Notes under the pieces: model-generated
Seen by the model: only the letters and a program-made list of their open reading frames with translations
What the model was told of the DNA's origin: nothing
The model's database searches: none
Shown: one piece after another, positions 52,154-63,929 of the stretch
Numbering within the stretch: position 1 is the stretch's first letter
How the letters are laid out: the number at the start of each line of letters is the position of its first letter
Program-made: the position numbers and the translations under genes
Assembly (NCBI GenBank): GCA_951406725.2
Contig: OX597816.1
Coordinates: 121,830,001-121,894,000 of the forward strand
Source of the DNA: Octopus vulgaris
Lineage: Eukaryota
DNA: 64,000 nt
Direction: 5' to 3'

Positions 52154-54172
52154 AATAATTACAGAGGTATCAAGCTGTTGGATCAGGTGATGAAGGTTAC
52201 AGAGAGGGTCATAACCCAACTAATTAGAGAGAGAGTTAGTTTAGATGAGATGCAGTTTGGGTTCGTGCCAGGGAAAAGTACCACTGATGCTATATTCCTG
52301 GTAAGGCAGCTGCAGGAGAAATACCTAGCCAAAGATAAGCCCCTGTACCTGGCTTTTGTTGACATGGAGAAAGCCTTCGACAGGGTCCCCCGATCCCTCA
52401 TCTGGTGGTCAATGAGGAAACTAGGGATAAATGAATGGTTAGTGAGAGCTGTGCGAGCCATGTACAGGGACGCTGCTAGTAAGGTGAGGGTTGGCAACGA
52501 GTACAGTGAAGAATTCTGGGTAGAGGTAGGGGTCCACCAAGGCTCAGTCCTCAGCCCCCTCCTATTTATCATAGTCCTCCAGGCAATAACGGAGGAATTC
52601 AAGACAGGATGCCCCTGGGAGCTCCTCTATGCTGATGACCTTGCTCTAATTGCTGAGTCACTATCAGAACTAGAGGAGAAGTTTCAGGTGTGGAAGCAAG
52701 GTTTAGAATCGAAGGGCCTTAGAGTCAATCTAGCTAAAACCAAAGTCGTAATAAGTAGGAAGGTAGACAAATCACAAACGCCTTCAAGTAGATGGCCCTG
52801 CTCGATCTGTAGAAAAGGTGTAGGTAGAAACTCTATAAGATGCACCAAGTGTAAGCTATGGACACATAAGAGGTGCAGCAATGTCAAAGGAAGGCTAACT
52901 AGGAAGATGGTTTTTGTATGTGGCAGATGCTCGGGAGCATTAACCTCTGAAAATCTGCAGAAAACAACTTCCGTCACTTTCCAGGGGAAAAAACTAGAAG
53001 TAGTTGATAGCTTCCGTTATCTTGGTGACCAAGTCAGTAGTGGGGGTGGGTGTGCTGAAAGTGTAACGGCTAGAGTAAGAATAGCCTGGGCGAAGTTTAG
53101 GGAGCTCTTACCTCTGCTGGTGACTAAAGGCCTCTTGCTCAGAGTAAAAGGCAGACTGTATGATGCATGTGTACGAACAGCCATGCTACATGGCAGTGAA
53201 ACATGGGCCGTGACTGCTGAGGACATGCGTAAGCTCGCGAGAAATGAAGCTAGTATGCTCCGATGGATGTGTAATGTCAGTGTGCATGTTCGACAGAGCG
53301 TTAGTACCCTGAGAGAAATGTTGGACCTAAGGAGCATCAGTTGTGGTGTGCAAGAGAGACGATTGCGCTGGTATGGTCATGTGGCGAGAATGGATGAAGA
53401 TAGGTGTGTGAAAAAGTGCTAATCCCTAGCAGTGGAGGGAAGCCGTGGAAGAGGTAGACCCAGGAAAACTTGGGAATGAGGTGGTGAAGCATGACCTTCG
53501 AACTTTAGGTCTCACTGAGGAAATGACCAGCGACCGAGACCTTTGGAAATATGCTGTGCGTGAAAAGACCAGACAGGACAAGTGAGTCCAGCCCACTTAT
53601 GCATGCCTTTCCTCCCTTGGACACACAAAGACCTGTTGAGGCAAGCGAAGTCGATATCAAACCTCATCCGACGACAGGCACCTATGCCAACCCCACTTTG
53701 CTTGTGAAGACCTGTTGGGGCAAGTGAAATCGGAATCGAAATTGAACCAATCCTATGACTGGCACCCGGCAGATGCCAGGACCCCTAGATTGGAGATACG
53801 TAAAAAGCACTATCCGAATCATGGCCGATGCCAGCGCCGCCTCGACTGGCTTCCGTGTCGGTGGCACGTAAAAAGCACCATCCGAATCGTGGCCGAAGCC
53901 AGTGCCACCTCGACTGGCTTCCGTGCAGGTGGCACGTAAAATGCACCAATCCGACCATGGCCGATGCCAGCCTCGCCTGGCACCAGTGCAGGTGGCACGT
54001 AAAAGCACCCACTACACTCACGGAGTGGTTGGCGTTAGGAAGGGCATCCAGCTGTAGAAACATTGCCAGATAAGACCGGAGCCTGGTGCAGCCTTCTGGC
54101 TTCCCAGATCCCCGGTCGAACCGTCCAACCCATGCTAGCATGGAGAACGGACGTTAAACGATGATGAAGATG
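52154..54172 (+). mobile_element. Young 5'-truncated RTE-clade LINE (RT ORF 52178-53422 plus 3' UTR)
   Basis: Motifs NYRGIKLL, QFGFVPGKSTTDAIF, FVDMEKAFD, GVHQGSVLSP, YADD, RLRWYGHV, and GRGRPRKTW after a premature TAA. The 3' UTR has tandem units, a terminal hairpin and a (GAT)n tail. No endonuclease domain is present. Confidence 0.95.
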
Positions 54173-54279
54173 ATATATGGAGAGAGAAAGAGAGAGATAG
54201 AGAGAGAGAGAGATACATACATATATATCCATATATGTATACATACACACACATACACATATATATATATATACAAGTG

Positions 54280-54357
<78 letters not shown>

Positions 54358-54949
54358 GTGTGCATGTGTATATGTATATATCTGGTTCTGGTCAAAAGTC
54401 TGAGAGTAAATTATTTTTCTAAAAATGTTTTTATATAAAAATAAAAACTAATCACCTGCAAGATATTTGCTAGTGATAATATTAAGACTACTTTATTTAT
54501 GTCATGAATTAAGATATATGGATGACAAAATATAGTTTCCATATTTTATTTGATATTTCTGCTCCAACAAGGTACATCAATGTTGTATGGATTTATGAAA
54601 TTGTTATCTGAAAAAAAAAATACAACCAGAAACTAGAACTTGTGTTTCATTGACAAAAATTCTCTATGTGTGGCATGAAATCTGGCAAATTTCAAGTGGA
54701 AAGTTCAGGTATACAATTTTATTGTTTGGTAATTTTTTTACCTTAGCAACAAAACGTTTTTTTGTTGGTGTAATTCGATTAATCTGTGGTGCTCCGTAAT
54801 GATTATTAAAAAGAGAGTGTACAGAATTCTTTCATTTCAGTTCATATATTGAATTTCTTTTCACTAGAAGCAAGCCTGCCTCACACACATAAATACCTCT
54901 ATATTGACATGCATATAATAAAAGAAGAATGTTTTCACACAATGCATGA

Positions 54950-56154
54950 AAATACTGCCAGTTCATCTACACAATAGGTCCCCAACTTGATAATCACCCC
55001 ACCAAACCTTGGAAATAGAGCTCATAAAGTTTCATTTTAAAAGTTTGCTGGGACTAAAATGTAAAGAGCTTTATATTTCCACAGAAAATGCTGCTCCACT
55101 TTATTGCAAAAGAACTTGGGAACAGGAAGCCACTCAGCTTCTCTGATGAATGTGTTGCTCCCTCAGAGACAATACCCAACAGGAAGAGATTTTCCTGCAA
55201 TGACTTCTTACCAACACTCAAATTATTTTGACTTCCACTAAAGGCACTGATTCAGTTGAACAAACCACAGATCAAATCGTGGAAGTCTCTTCACCAGAAT
55301 CAACTGTGGCATAGGTCATGGCCGATGCACCTGCTTGTCTAACACACGGTCCAAAAGTTGGTGGCTCTTTGAACTCAGATGGCTGCCTGCAGATATAGGT
55401 GCTCTCCTCTCAGTTTCATCTAGATAAGATTGCAAAGTCTTCTATTTATAGTAATGATCACAGTAATAGCTGTCTTCGTAGTTCTAGTTCCTCAATACCA
55501 CCTGGTCAGAGTTGGTACCATTATTGGTTTGGTAAAGATGTGTGCAGCTGCAGCTAACCTTACTCTTCCACTGATGGCTCTCTTCTGGAAAATACCAGGA
55601 AAATACTTGATTAAGAAGTTTGTTATTTTACCAGCTTCTTTTGAAGTAGAGGCAATACTACTTTAGTGTTTTGCTGTTTCTATGTGTTGCTTGATATCTG
55701 ACTTCTTGCTATGTTCAATACTGAAAGTGCAATCACATAGACCACAGTTTGCTTCAAAACAGCTTGTGCCCTGTTTGATAAACGTTCATTCGCTGGAATA
55801 TTCATCACTTACGTTTTGGCATCTAGGGACGGATGGATTAGTTTTTAAATTAGAAAGATAGTGGGCCGTGGCGATTAGTAACAACACACTTTGTAAACAG
55901 TATCAAGTTGGAAACATCAGTTTTGTGTAAACTTTTGGCGACACTAGTTTCCTCAAGAGAATATGCAACAAGAATTTACTTATAAAATTACAACTAAGAA
56001 CCGTAAGAAGGTAGTAAAACTAGATCTTTATTAGGAAATTTGAAAATGAACTAAATACAGGACGTTTGGGGTGTACCTGAAAGGTCAGTACGGACGGGAC
56101 AAAATTATCAAATATGGGACATGTCCCGTATATAAGGGACGTCTAGCAACCCTA
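54950..56154 (-). mobile_element. hAT (Blackjack/Tip100-like) transposon remnant upstream of HADH
   Basis: Terminus TAGGGTTGCTAGACGTCCC at 56154. Minus-strand BED-finger remnant EANCGLCDCTFSIEHSKKSDIKQHIETAKH. Left boundary is approximate. Confidence 0.7.
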
Positions 56155-56513
56155 GCTTTGGGCATAATATAATTAGTCCATCTTTTTTTTCCTTTAGATA
56201 AGTGTGGGTTTCCGATAACTTTATTCATATCAAGCATTATAAAGAAGATACAAGACTGGAAAATTTTGGGAGTAAACAATTCAAATATATTTTATACAGT
56301 AATGTTTTTAAGTGCTCGCGTACAGACATGAGAGGGAGAGGGAGAGAGAGAACAGGATACTGACTTTGAGAGTCTTTGTGTTCCAGTTAGATATAATCTA
56401 ATTTAAAAGAAAAGCCTACTTTTTGACATGTTGTTTACACTTAGTAGATTAGAGTTATCTACCTTGGCTGTCACTGCGATATCTATTACGACTCCGTCAC
56501 TCAGCGGTACAGC

Positions 56514-56627
56514 ATGCTTTCCAACATCTGCAGAATCCAGGCTCGAAGCCTAAGCCTATCTACTATGAACCGCATTAAACATGTAACTGTAATTGGCGGA
56601 GGGTTGATGGGAAGTGGAATTGCACAG
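56514..56627 (+). CDS. HADH: 3-hydroxyacyl-CoA dehydrogenase, mitochondrial, coding exon 1
   Basis: Encodes MLSNICRIQARSLSLSTMNRIKHVTVIGGGLMGSGIAQ: an Arg/Ser-rich presequence followed by the Rossmann GxGxxG motif. Donor CAG|GTATGT, phase 0. Confidence 0.95.
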
Positions 56628-57331
56628 GTATGTTTACAAAATATATTTTTGGAGGTCAGAAATTCCCGTTATGAAGGTTGTGGCATTTGTTCTTCACCCA
56701 ACAAAGATTTTGTTTATTATATTTATAATACAGTAATAAGAGTTTTAACACGTTGAAAGCTTAAGCGGATCTCTACTTCGCTTTCGGCATCTATTAACAA
56801 CTATATGTATTGTCAATCGCTCGCCAAGTTGTAAATAGGTTGTAACTAGTAAAGGATTCTTCGTCGATAGTAGGTTGCTGAATTCTGATCCTTAATGTGC
56901 ATATTTTCTCAATAATGGAAATCCTCTCTCTTGAACTCATCAGGGCTAGTTAATTATATATTGTTGTTTTGTCGCTGTGTACACAAGTTAACGCTTCTTA
57001 AACGTGCATGAGTTTTAACACACATGCACACAGACTGTCTCGCCCCTCGTTCTTGTACAGTTCTCAGTCTGTCTTAACGGACACACACACACACACACTT
57101 TAAATAATTGTGTGTGATTTGAGGGTGATTTTCAGCAGTGAAGCAACTACATAAAATCACCTTCGATTCGATCCCCAAGTAAAAGGCTTGTTGTAAGAGA
57201 TAGAAATAGTTTATCAGTTTCGTTAAATATCATAAAATTTCTAACAACAACAACAGTAAAAATATAGGTTTCTGATTTAGGCACAAATGCAACAGTTTTG
57301 AAAGGAATGAGTTAATCAATACTAATCGATC

Positions 57332-57877
57332 GGCAAAGTTTCGCATGTCGTAGCGCAGATTTCCGTCGATTTCCGTAAAAAACTTTTATTTTTTTACATA
57401 AGTAATGAGAGCGAAAGAGACTAAGAGGAAGCGATTTTATGACGAGAAGGTTTCACTTTGAAATCGGCCTGTGTGTGTTTGATGGGGTGTGGGAGACAGA
57501 CAGTATGTTGTGTAAGTGAAGTGCTTCTGTTGGTGTGTGCGAAGAGACAGAGAGAGTAATGTGTGAAAGAGAGAGATAACTGATTTTTTACTCGGTGTAT
57601 GTGTATATGTATGTATGCATGTATGTGTATATGTATGTATGCATGTATCTATGTATGTGTGTGTGTGTATGTATGTATGTATGGCCGATTCATCGTAATT
57701 TTTTACTCGGTGTATGTGTATATGTATGTCTGCATGTATGTGTGTGTGTGTGTATGTATCTATGTATGTGTGTATGTGTATGTATGTATGTGTGTATGTA
57801 TGTATGGTCGATTCAGTGTAATTTTTTACTCGATGTATGTGTATATGTATGTCTGCATGTATGTGTGTGTGTGTATG

Positions 57878-57908
<31 letters not shown>

Positions 57909-58371
57909 AAGTATGTGTGTGTGTATGTATGTGTGTATGTGTGTGTGTATGTATCTATGTATGTGTGTGTGTGTATGTATGTATATACACATACACCGAG
58001 TACATACTGTCTCTTCACACACACACATACATAGATACATACACACACACAACATACTGTCTGTCTCCCACACACACACACACACATAGATACATACACA
58101 CACACACATACATGCAGACATACATATACACATACACCGAGTAAAAAATTACGATGAATCAGCCATACATACATACATACACACATACATACATACACAC
58201 ACACACATACATAGATACATACACACACATACATACATACATACACACACACATACTTACACACACACACACACACATAGATACATACACACACACACAT
58301 ACATGCAGACATACATATACACATACACCGAGTAAAAAATTACGATGAATCGGCCATACATACATACATAC

Positions 58372-58404
<33 letters not shown>

Positions 58405-58722
58405 TACATAGATACATACACACACACACATACATGCATACATACATATACACATACACCGAGTAAAAAATCAGTTATCTCTCTCTTTCACACATTACTC
58501 TCTCTGTCTCTTCGCACATACTAACAGAAGCACTTCACTTACACAACATACTGTCTGTCTCCCACACCCCATCAAACACACACAGGCCGACTTCAAAGTG
58601 AAACCTTCTCGTCATAAAATCGCTTCCTCTTAGTCTCTTTCGCTCTCATTACTTATGTAAAAAAATAAAAGTTTTTTACGGAAATCGACGGAAATCTGCG
58701 CTACGACATGCGAAACTTCGCC
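57332..58722. mobile_element. Foldback element with long modular inverted arms in HADH intron 1
   Basis: About 260 bp of complex sequence (ggcaaagtttcgcatgtcgtagcgcag...) is inverted at 58460-58722 with few mismatches. It is followed inward by three microsatellite-rich modules per arm (tttttactcggtgtatg / cataca-ccgagtaaaaa). Confidence 0.9.
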
Positions 58723-59019
58723 TCTTTCTTAAATCGCCCGTCTTTCGTCTCCTCTAGGTTTATATATGTGCTGCATTAAAAAAAAAAAAATCTAAAATCG
58801 TTTCACCTTTTATTTAACTACAGTTTAGCTAATTTAATAATAACATATATAACATGTCTGAATATGATACATGTATAATACAAAATCATTTTAAAATACA
58901 AATCCCAAACTGAAAGAAATACACACTTGAGTGAAGTAAAAAACAAAGGGGCAGGGAAAGAAGGTGAATGAAAAAGAAAAAAAAAACATCAATTCGATAC
59001 TAAGTGCTTCAACAGGTCA

Positions 59020-59290
59020 CATACGACAAAGTTCAATGGAACCTACTGAAGGAAACAAACGTGCTTGTGGCATTGCTGCGGTCGTTGACAAAGCTAAGGT
59101 GTTGGAACAGCCAAGCACCTGTCACCTCAGTAAGGCAACTCACCAACGATGACAATAACTTCACTGTTTGCTGTGCTGCCCCTCCAAATGTCTCAAATGC
59201 CACAGGCTGGAAGAAATGATTCATTGACAAGTCCTGATACTTTACTCGGATCGATTCTGTCATATTTTCTCTTCTGTAAACTTGGAGTCT
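59020..59290 (-). mobile_element. CRE-like RLE LINE C-terminal remnant
   Basis: KYQDLSMNHFFQPVAFETFGG...WLFQHLSFVNDRSNA resembles the FxPxAxETxG...QRLSxAxxRGNA CRE C-terminus. Confidence 0.65.
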
Positions 59291-59847
59291 TGTGTCGTTT
59301 TAATTTATGAAAAGAACCCCATTATTATTGCATTACGATAGGCAGAATTTTTCATAGTAGCTTGTTCAATAACTTCCTATTAATTCTTTCCAGACACTAC
59401 CACTTTGATAACATAATGTAAATCCAGAAAGTGAGCATGACTTTAAAAAAAATAACACAAAAAATATAAAGTGCATTTTATAATAGTTTGACAGTGTTGG
59501 ATTGTTTGATATTCTGATGTAGGTTTTGTAGAAATTATGAATTTAGTACTTGGATTGGTGTGTAATCATAGGTTTGACAGCAATCACACAAACTTAAAAG
59601 AAGTAGAAAATAATTTCTTCATATGCCCCACACTACTATTCTGTAGCTAATAAAAAAGATATAAAACATGGCACAAAAATTAAAACTGCTTCCTGTGAAT
59701 GTTGTACTTTGATTCCTTAATACAAGTGAGGGAAGAGAATAAGTCAACATAATTCATGTGAAGGAAAAAAAAAAAAGAAACTATAAAACTAGTGCTTGTC
59801 AGAAGGAGGTGCATTTTATATAATTGCAGCTAAGATATATAAATATA

Positions 59848-60140
59848 TATCATCATCATCATCGTCATAAACATTTAACGTCCATTTTCCATGCCTGGCA
59901 TGGGTTGAATGGCATGACAGGAACTGGCAATTCCATGTGCTACACCAGGTTTCATAGTCTGCTTTGGCTTGATCTCTACAGCTGGATACCCTTCCTAATG
60001 CCAGTCACTTTACAGAGTGTACTGGGTGCTTTTAATGTGGCACCATCACCAGTGCTTTTTACATGGCACCAATACCTACAACAATGCGTTTTGTATGCCA
60101 CCATCGATTCTGTTGTGGTGGGTGGGTCTTCTTGAGTACA
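59848..60140 (-). mobile_element. Old RTE 3' UTR-related fragment
   Basis: (CAT)n, ccatgcctggcatgg hairpin, gctggatacccttcctaatgcca. Confidence 0.65.
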
Positions 60141-60731
60141 GCAATGTACCAATTATCTCAGCCTAGTGGCATAATTAAGAGGTGCAAGCCATGGCTATGC
60201 AGTTAAGAAATTTGTTTCCCATTTACATGATTTTGTGTTTAGTTCTGCTGCATAACGCCTTCACTAAGTGTTTTCTATAGCCTTGGGATGACCAAAGCCT
60301 TGTGAGTGGATTTGGTAGATGGAAACTGAAAGAAACAAGTTTTTTTTATCACTATCATAATGGTATCTGTTCCTCAAAACTGATCGGTCTTGTACCACAC
60401 CACCACACAAGCAACCTCAACCTACCCATCTCTCTACCTTTTTTATTACCCTTGATGCATCCAAATGCTCTGACCCTGCACTAACCACCATGTCCAGTCC
60501 TTCCTCCTCAGAATATCGGCCTACATACATACGTACGTACGTACATATGTACATACATACGTACAGACAGACAGACACAACAAACTTTCAGAGTAAAGAG
60601 TCAGTTACATATATAGTTGCATGTATCACATTTCCTTCTTAATTTATCATGTTTAAATTTATATCTAAACTTTTAGATACTTGAAATTTTATTGAATTTT
60701 AAGAAGCTCACCTTATCTTCTCTAATTTCAG

Positions 60732-60860
60732 GTTGCTGCCACGACTGGACACAGTGTTACCCTCATTGACCAGAAGGATGAGCTGCTTGCTAAATCAACA
60801 GCTGGTATCGCAAAGAGCTTGGCTAGAGTGGCAAAGAAAAAGTTTTCTGATGACCCTGAG
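60732..60860 (+). CDS. HADH: HADH coding exon 2
   Basis: Acceptor tttcag|, 129 nt encoding VAATTGHSVTLIDQKDELLAKSTAGIAKSLARVAKKKFSDDPE, donor GAG|GTTAGA. In frame with exon 1. Confidence 0.95.
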
Positions 60861-61127
60861 GTTAGAAGAGCTGTAATAGTTATCTGTTTATTATATTTGC
60901 TTAATTAGTTGGTTGGTTGGTTGATTTTGTCATTTCCTTAAGTTTCAACACCAGGAAGTATTGTGTACTTTTTTAATTCTGATATCATTTTACTTCCATT
61001 CATCTCAGTTCTCTTGTGGTATTTGAAAATCATGCCAACTGGAATATCAAAGATTGTACATAGTATTTAGTTGTCATTGATGATGATCATGATAATGATG
61101 GTAATGATGTTGATAATGTATTCTTTA

Positions 61128-61308
61128 GGGCCTCCATCGGTCATGGCTGACCATGGATGATGTCATCCGTCTGTTGAGTTGTCTATTCAGTTTTTGCAAT
61201 GCGTCCTGTAGCTGTAGAGACCGATGCGAGAGTGGCAGTCTCGTTTGCAGAGGTTACACCTATACGTTGAATCCGGTCTGTTGGCTGTCATTTATTTTCT
61301 GCAAGCTC
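61128..61308 (-). mobile_element. RTE/BovB-like LINE 3' terminus
   Basis: Minus-strand YRCNLCKRDCHSRIGLYSYRTHC matches the terminal CxxC..C.SRIGL.SH zinc-finger motif of BovB-like RTEs. Confidence 0.7.
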
Positions 61309-62170
61309 TACCACTGATAAGATTCAGCAAGCTGGTAATGGTGAACTGGCGAGTTAACACCAATGAGGTAGCTTTTTCTCTGCAGATTAGTCATGGTTCT
61401 GCCTATCAAATCATCCATGATAAGCTCAGTTGCCATAAAATCTGGGCAAAATGGGTGCCAAGAGAGCTTACTACGGAACTCTAGTGCAAACATCTTGAAG
61501 TCTGCCAATGTTTACTCGATTGCTACAACAATGAGGGTGAGTAATTTTTGAGCAGAATAGTCACAGGAGATGAAACCTGGGCCCATCATTATGAGATATA
61601 ATCCAAAAGAGGAAACACCTTGGCTTGCCAGTGACAAAGAAATTCAAGACTTGGTCTTCCTTGGGAAAGGTGATGCTGACCCTTTTTTTGGGACTCAAAA
61701 GGGCCTATACTAGCAGACTACCTGGAGAAGGGGTGTACGATCAACTGTGCAAGATACAATGCTTTGCTGGCCAACAAACTGAAACCAGCAATTTGCACCA
61801 AACTCCGAAGCCTATTGTCAAAGAAAGTTTTCTTGTTGCATCACAATGCACGGCCACCCAGACCATTGAAACCATCAACCAACTGGGTTTTGAGGGGTTG
61901 GAACACCCTGTCTACAGCCCAGATCTCACCCCTTTCAATTATCATATCTTTGGATTGCTCAAAGATAGTTTATGAGGTAGTTGATTTCCTACGGATGAAA
62001 ATGTGAAGACAGTGGTGCATAAATGGTTGCACGACCAGTCGAAAACCTTCTTGGAGTGAATATGCAAGCCTGCGAACCACTGGACTAAGTGCATCAAAAA
62101 GGAAGGAGACTATATAGAAAAATGACATACTTGTTTATCTCTTGCTTTTGTGTATAATTTTTGATTCTCC

Positions 62171-62173
<3 letters not shown>
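61309..62173 (+). mobile_element. Degenerate mariner transposon (5' truncated)
   Basis: Motifs AKWVPREL, VTGDETW and EHPVYSPDLTPFNYHIFG; right TIR ttttgattctccctca followed by TA. Confidence 0.9.
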
Positions 62174-62211
<38 letters not shown>

Positions 62212-62214
<3 letters not shown>

Positions 62215-62464
62215 ACTGCACATACTCAACATATGTCTTTCACTTGTTCACCAGCATGCTGCAGTTTAGTGCAGTGGGGATGACTCCCTTAAAGGGCTGG
62301 GTGTTAAAACACCTGAAAGTCATGGACAGACGAGACAACTTGCCCTTATCCCATTCTATGACTTTCAGGTGTTTTAACACCCAGTTCTTTGAGGGTGTCA
62401 TCCCCACTACGCTAAATTGCAGCATGCCAGTGAACAAGCAAAACAAATACATTGTGTGTGGTCA
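62212..62464. repeat. Palindromic MITE-like hairpin in HADH intron 2
   Basis: cttgttcaccagcatgctgcagtttag...ctgggtgttaaaacacctgaaagtcat pairs with atgactttcaggtgttttaacacccag...ctaaattgcagcatgccagtgaacaag; loop about 35 nt. Confidence 0.85.
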
Positions 62465-62503
62465 AAAATATTTATGACACTAGCACTGCTTCTAATTCAT
62501 AAC

Positions 62504-62534
<31 letters not shown>

Positions 62535-62679
62535 CATGATAATACATAATTATTTGACTCCTATATTTGATCAATTTATAAATTTTTATAAATTGATAAA
62601 AAAAAATTATTAATGCAAAAGATTTTTCATAAATCAATAAGAGAAGGTAATTAAAATAAACAAAACAAATCTTTTGCAG

Positions 62680-62837
62680 GGTGGCAAGAAGTTTATATCA
62701 GACATCATGTCTCGTATCAGCACTCACACAAATCCTATTCCTGTTATGAAAGATACGGATCTTGTTATTGAGGCTATTATAGAAAATATTGGCATCAAGC
62801 AGAAACTGTTTGCAGAACTCGATGCAGCAGCACCACA
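62680..62837 (+). CDS. HADH: HADH coding exon 3 (gene continues beyond it)
   Basis: Acceptor tttgcag|, 158 nt encoding GGKKFISDIMSRISTHTNPIPVMKDTDLVIEAIIENIGIKQKLFAELDAAAP, which includes the DLVIEAIxEN motif. Donor CA|GTAAGT. Confidence 0.95.
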
Positions 62838-63929
62838 GTAAGTTGTGTTTCAGTTTTTTACTTTCATTTATATTCTTTTTTGATTTCTTTACATCCATTT
62901 TTCTCAAATTAGTTTCATATTGCTGTGAAGCTCCTAACCATGAAGGTTCAAGTAAAATCTGTTCCTATATATATATATATATATATATATCTTATCTTTC
63001 TTTTACCTGTTTCAGTTATTGGACTGTAACTGTGCTCGGGCACCACCTTAAAAGTTTTAGTTGAACAAATTGATAACAGTACTTACTAAGTTTGGTACTT
63101 ATTCTATAGGTCTCTTTCACTAAACTGCTGAGTTAAGGTGACATAAACAAACCAACACCAGTTGTCAAGTTGTAGTGGGGCACAAACACAACATGCACAT
63201 ACACATATATGTTAGTCAGAGAAGAAATGCTTATAATCATGACCTTTGCATGCTCTCATAGGCTGATGAGATTAGTGCAGTTGATGTTCAGTTAGATCTA
63301 TCGGTGAATGCTTGCAGAAAAGTATGGGCAAGGAAAGAACTGCAAAGTGAAACATAGTGAGAATGGCAGGTGTTCCAGAGCAGTGCCATGTTAAGGTATA
63401 AAACTAGTGCCTTAGTACATTGTTGCTCTGAAGGATTTTCACTCTTGCTATATCTCACTTAGCAGTTCTTTCTAGGAACCCAGTGCTAACCTCTGTATGC
63501 AATGGCGCATACATGTTAGTTAAGCAAGTAAGAGTTCTAGGGCGATAATTGTGTTGAGACAGTCCTGGTCCAGAGTGAAGGGTGGAACTTAGTAGTTCAG
63601 AAGCTTTATAATAGTGGTAGAAGAGTCAAAGAAAAGAAACTTCACACTGTACCATACTGATGATAGTCTGATATGAACTGAAATATTTCTCTGCTCTAAA
63701 CCTGTTGTCAGCTGCACAAGCTGAGGGAAACAAAGTTATGTACCTTGCCGAACAGTACAACACAATGGCTACAGCGTGATTTAAATCTCTGATGATAATT
63801 AGTTAGCCACAACTATTAAAAAGGGTAATGGTAGTATGTATATTGTCAGATACTATTTTTTGGGATTGCTTAAATGCTTAATGGGTAAGACTTCATTTGT
63901 CTTTACAAATTTACTAATTAAAAAGAACA

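Noticed and set aside
56628-56756. ORF-track extension of HADH exon 1 (VCLQNIF...)
   Set aside because: Intron read-through past the GT donor at 56628; HADH homology resumes at 60732.
56895-56948. Hammerhead on the minus strand of HADH intron 1 (CUGAUGAG...GAAA)
   Set aside because: Stem II closing pair and stems I and III do not form.
57595-58455. Many Cys/Val/Tyr/His-rich ORFs in the ORF track (also 50339-50777, 54035-54403, 39515-40906, 28471-28832)
   Set aside because: These are translations of CA, TA, GA and AAT microsatellites.
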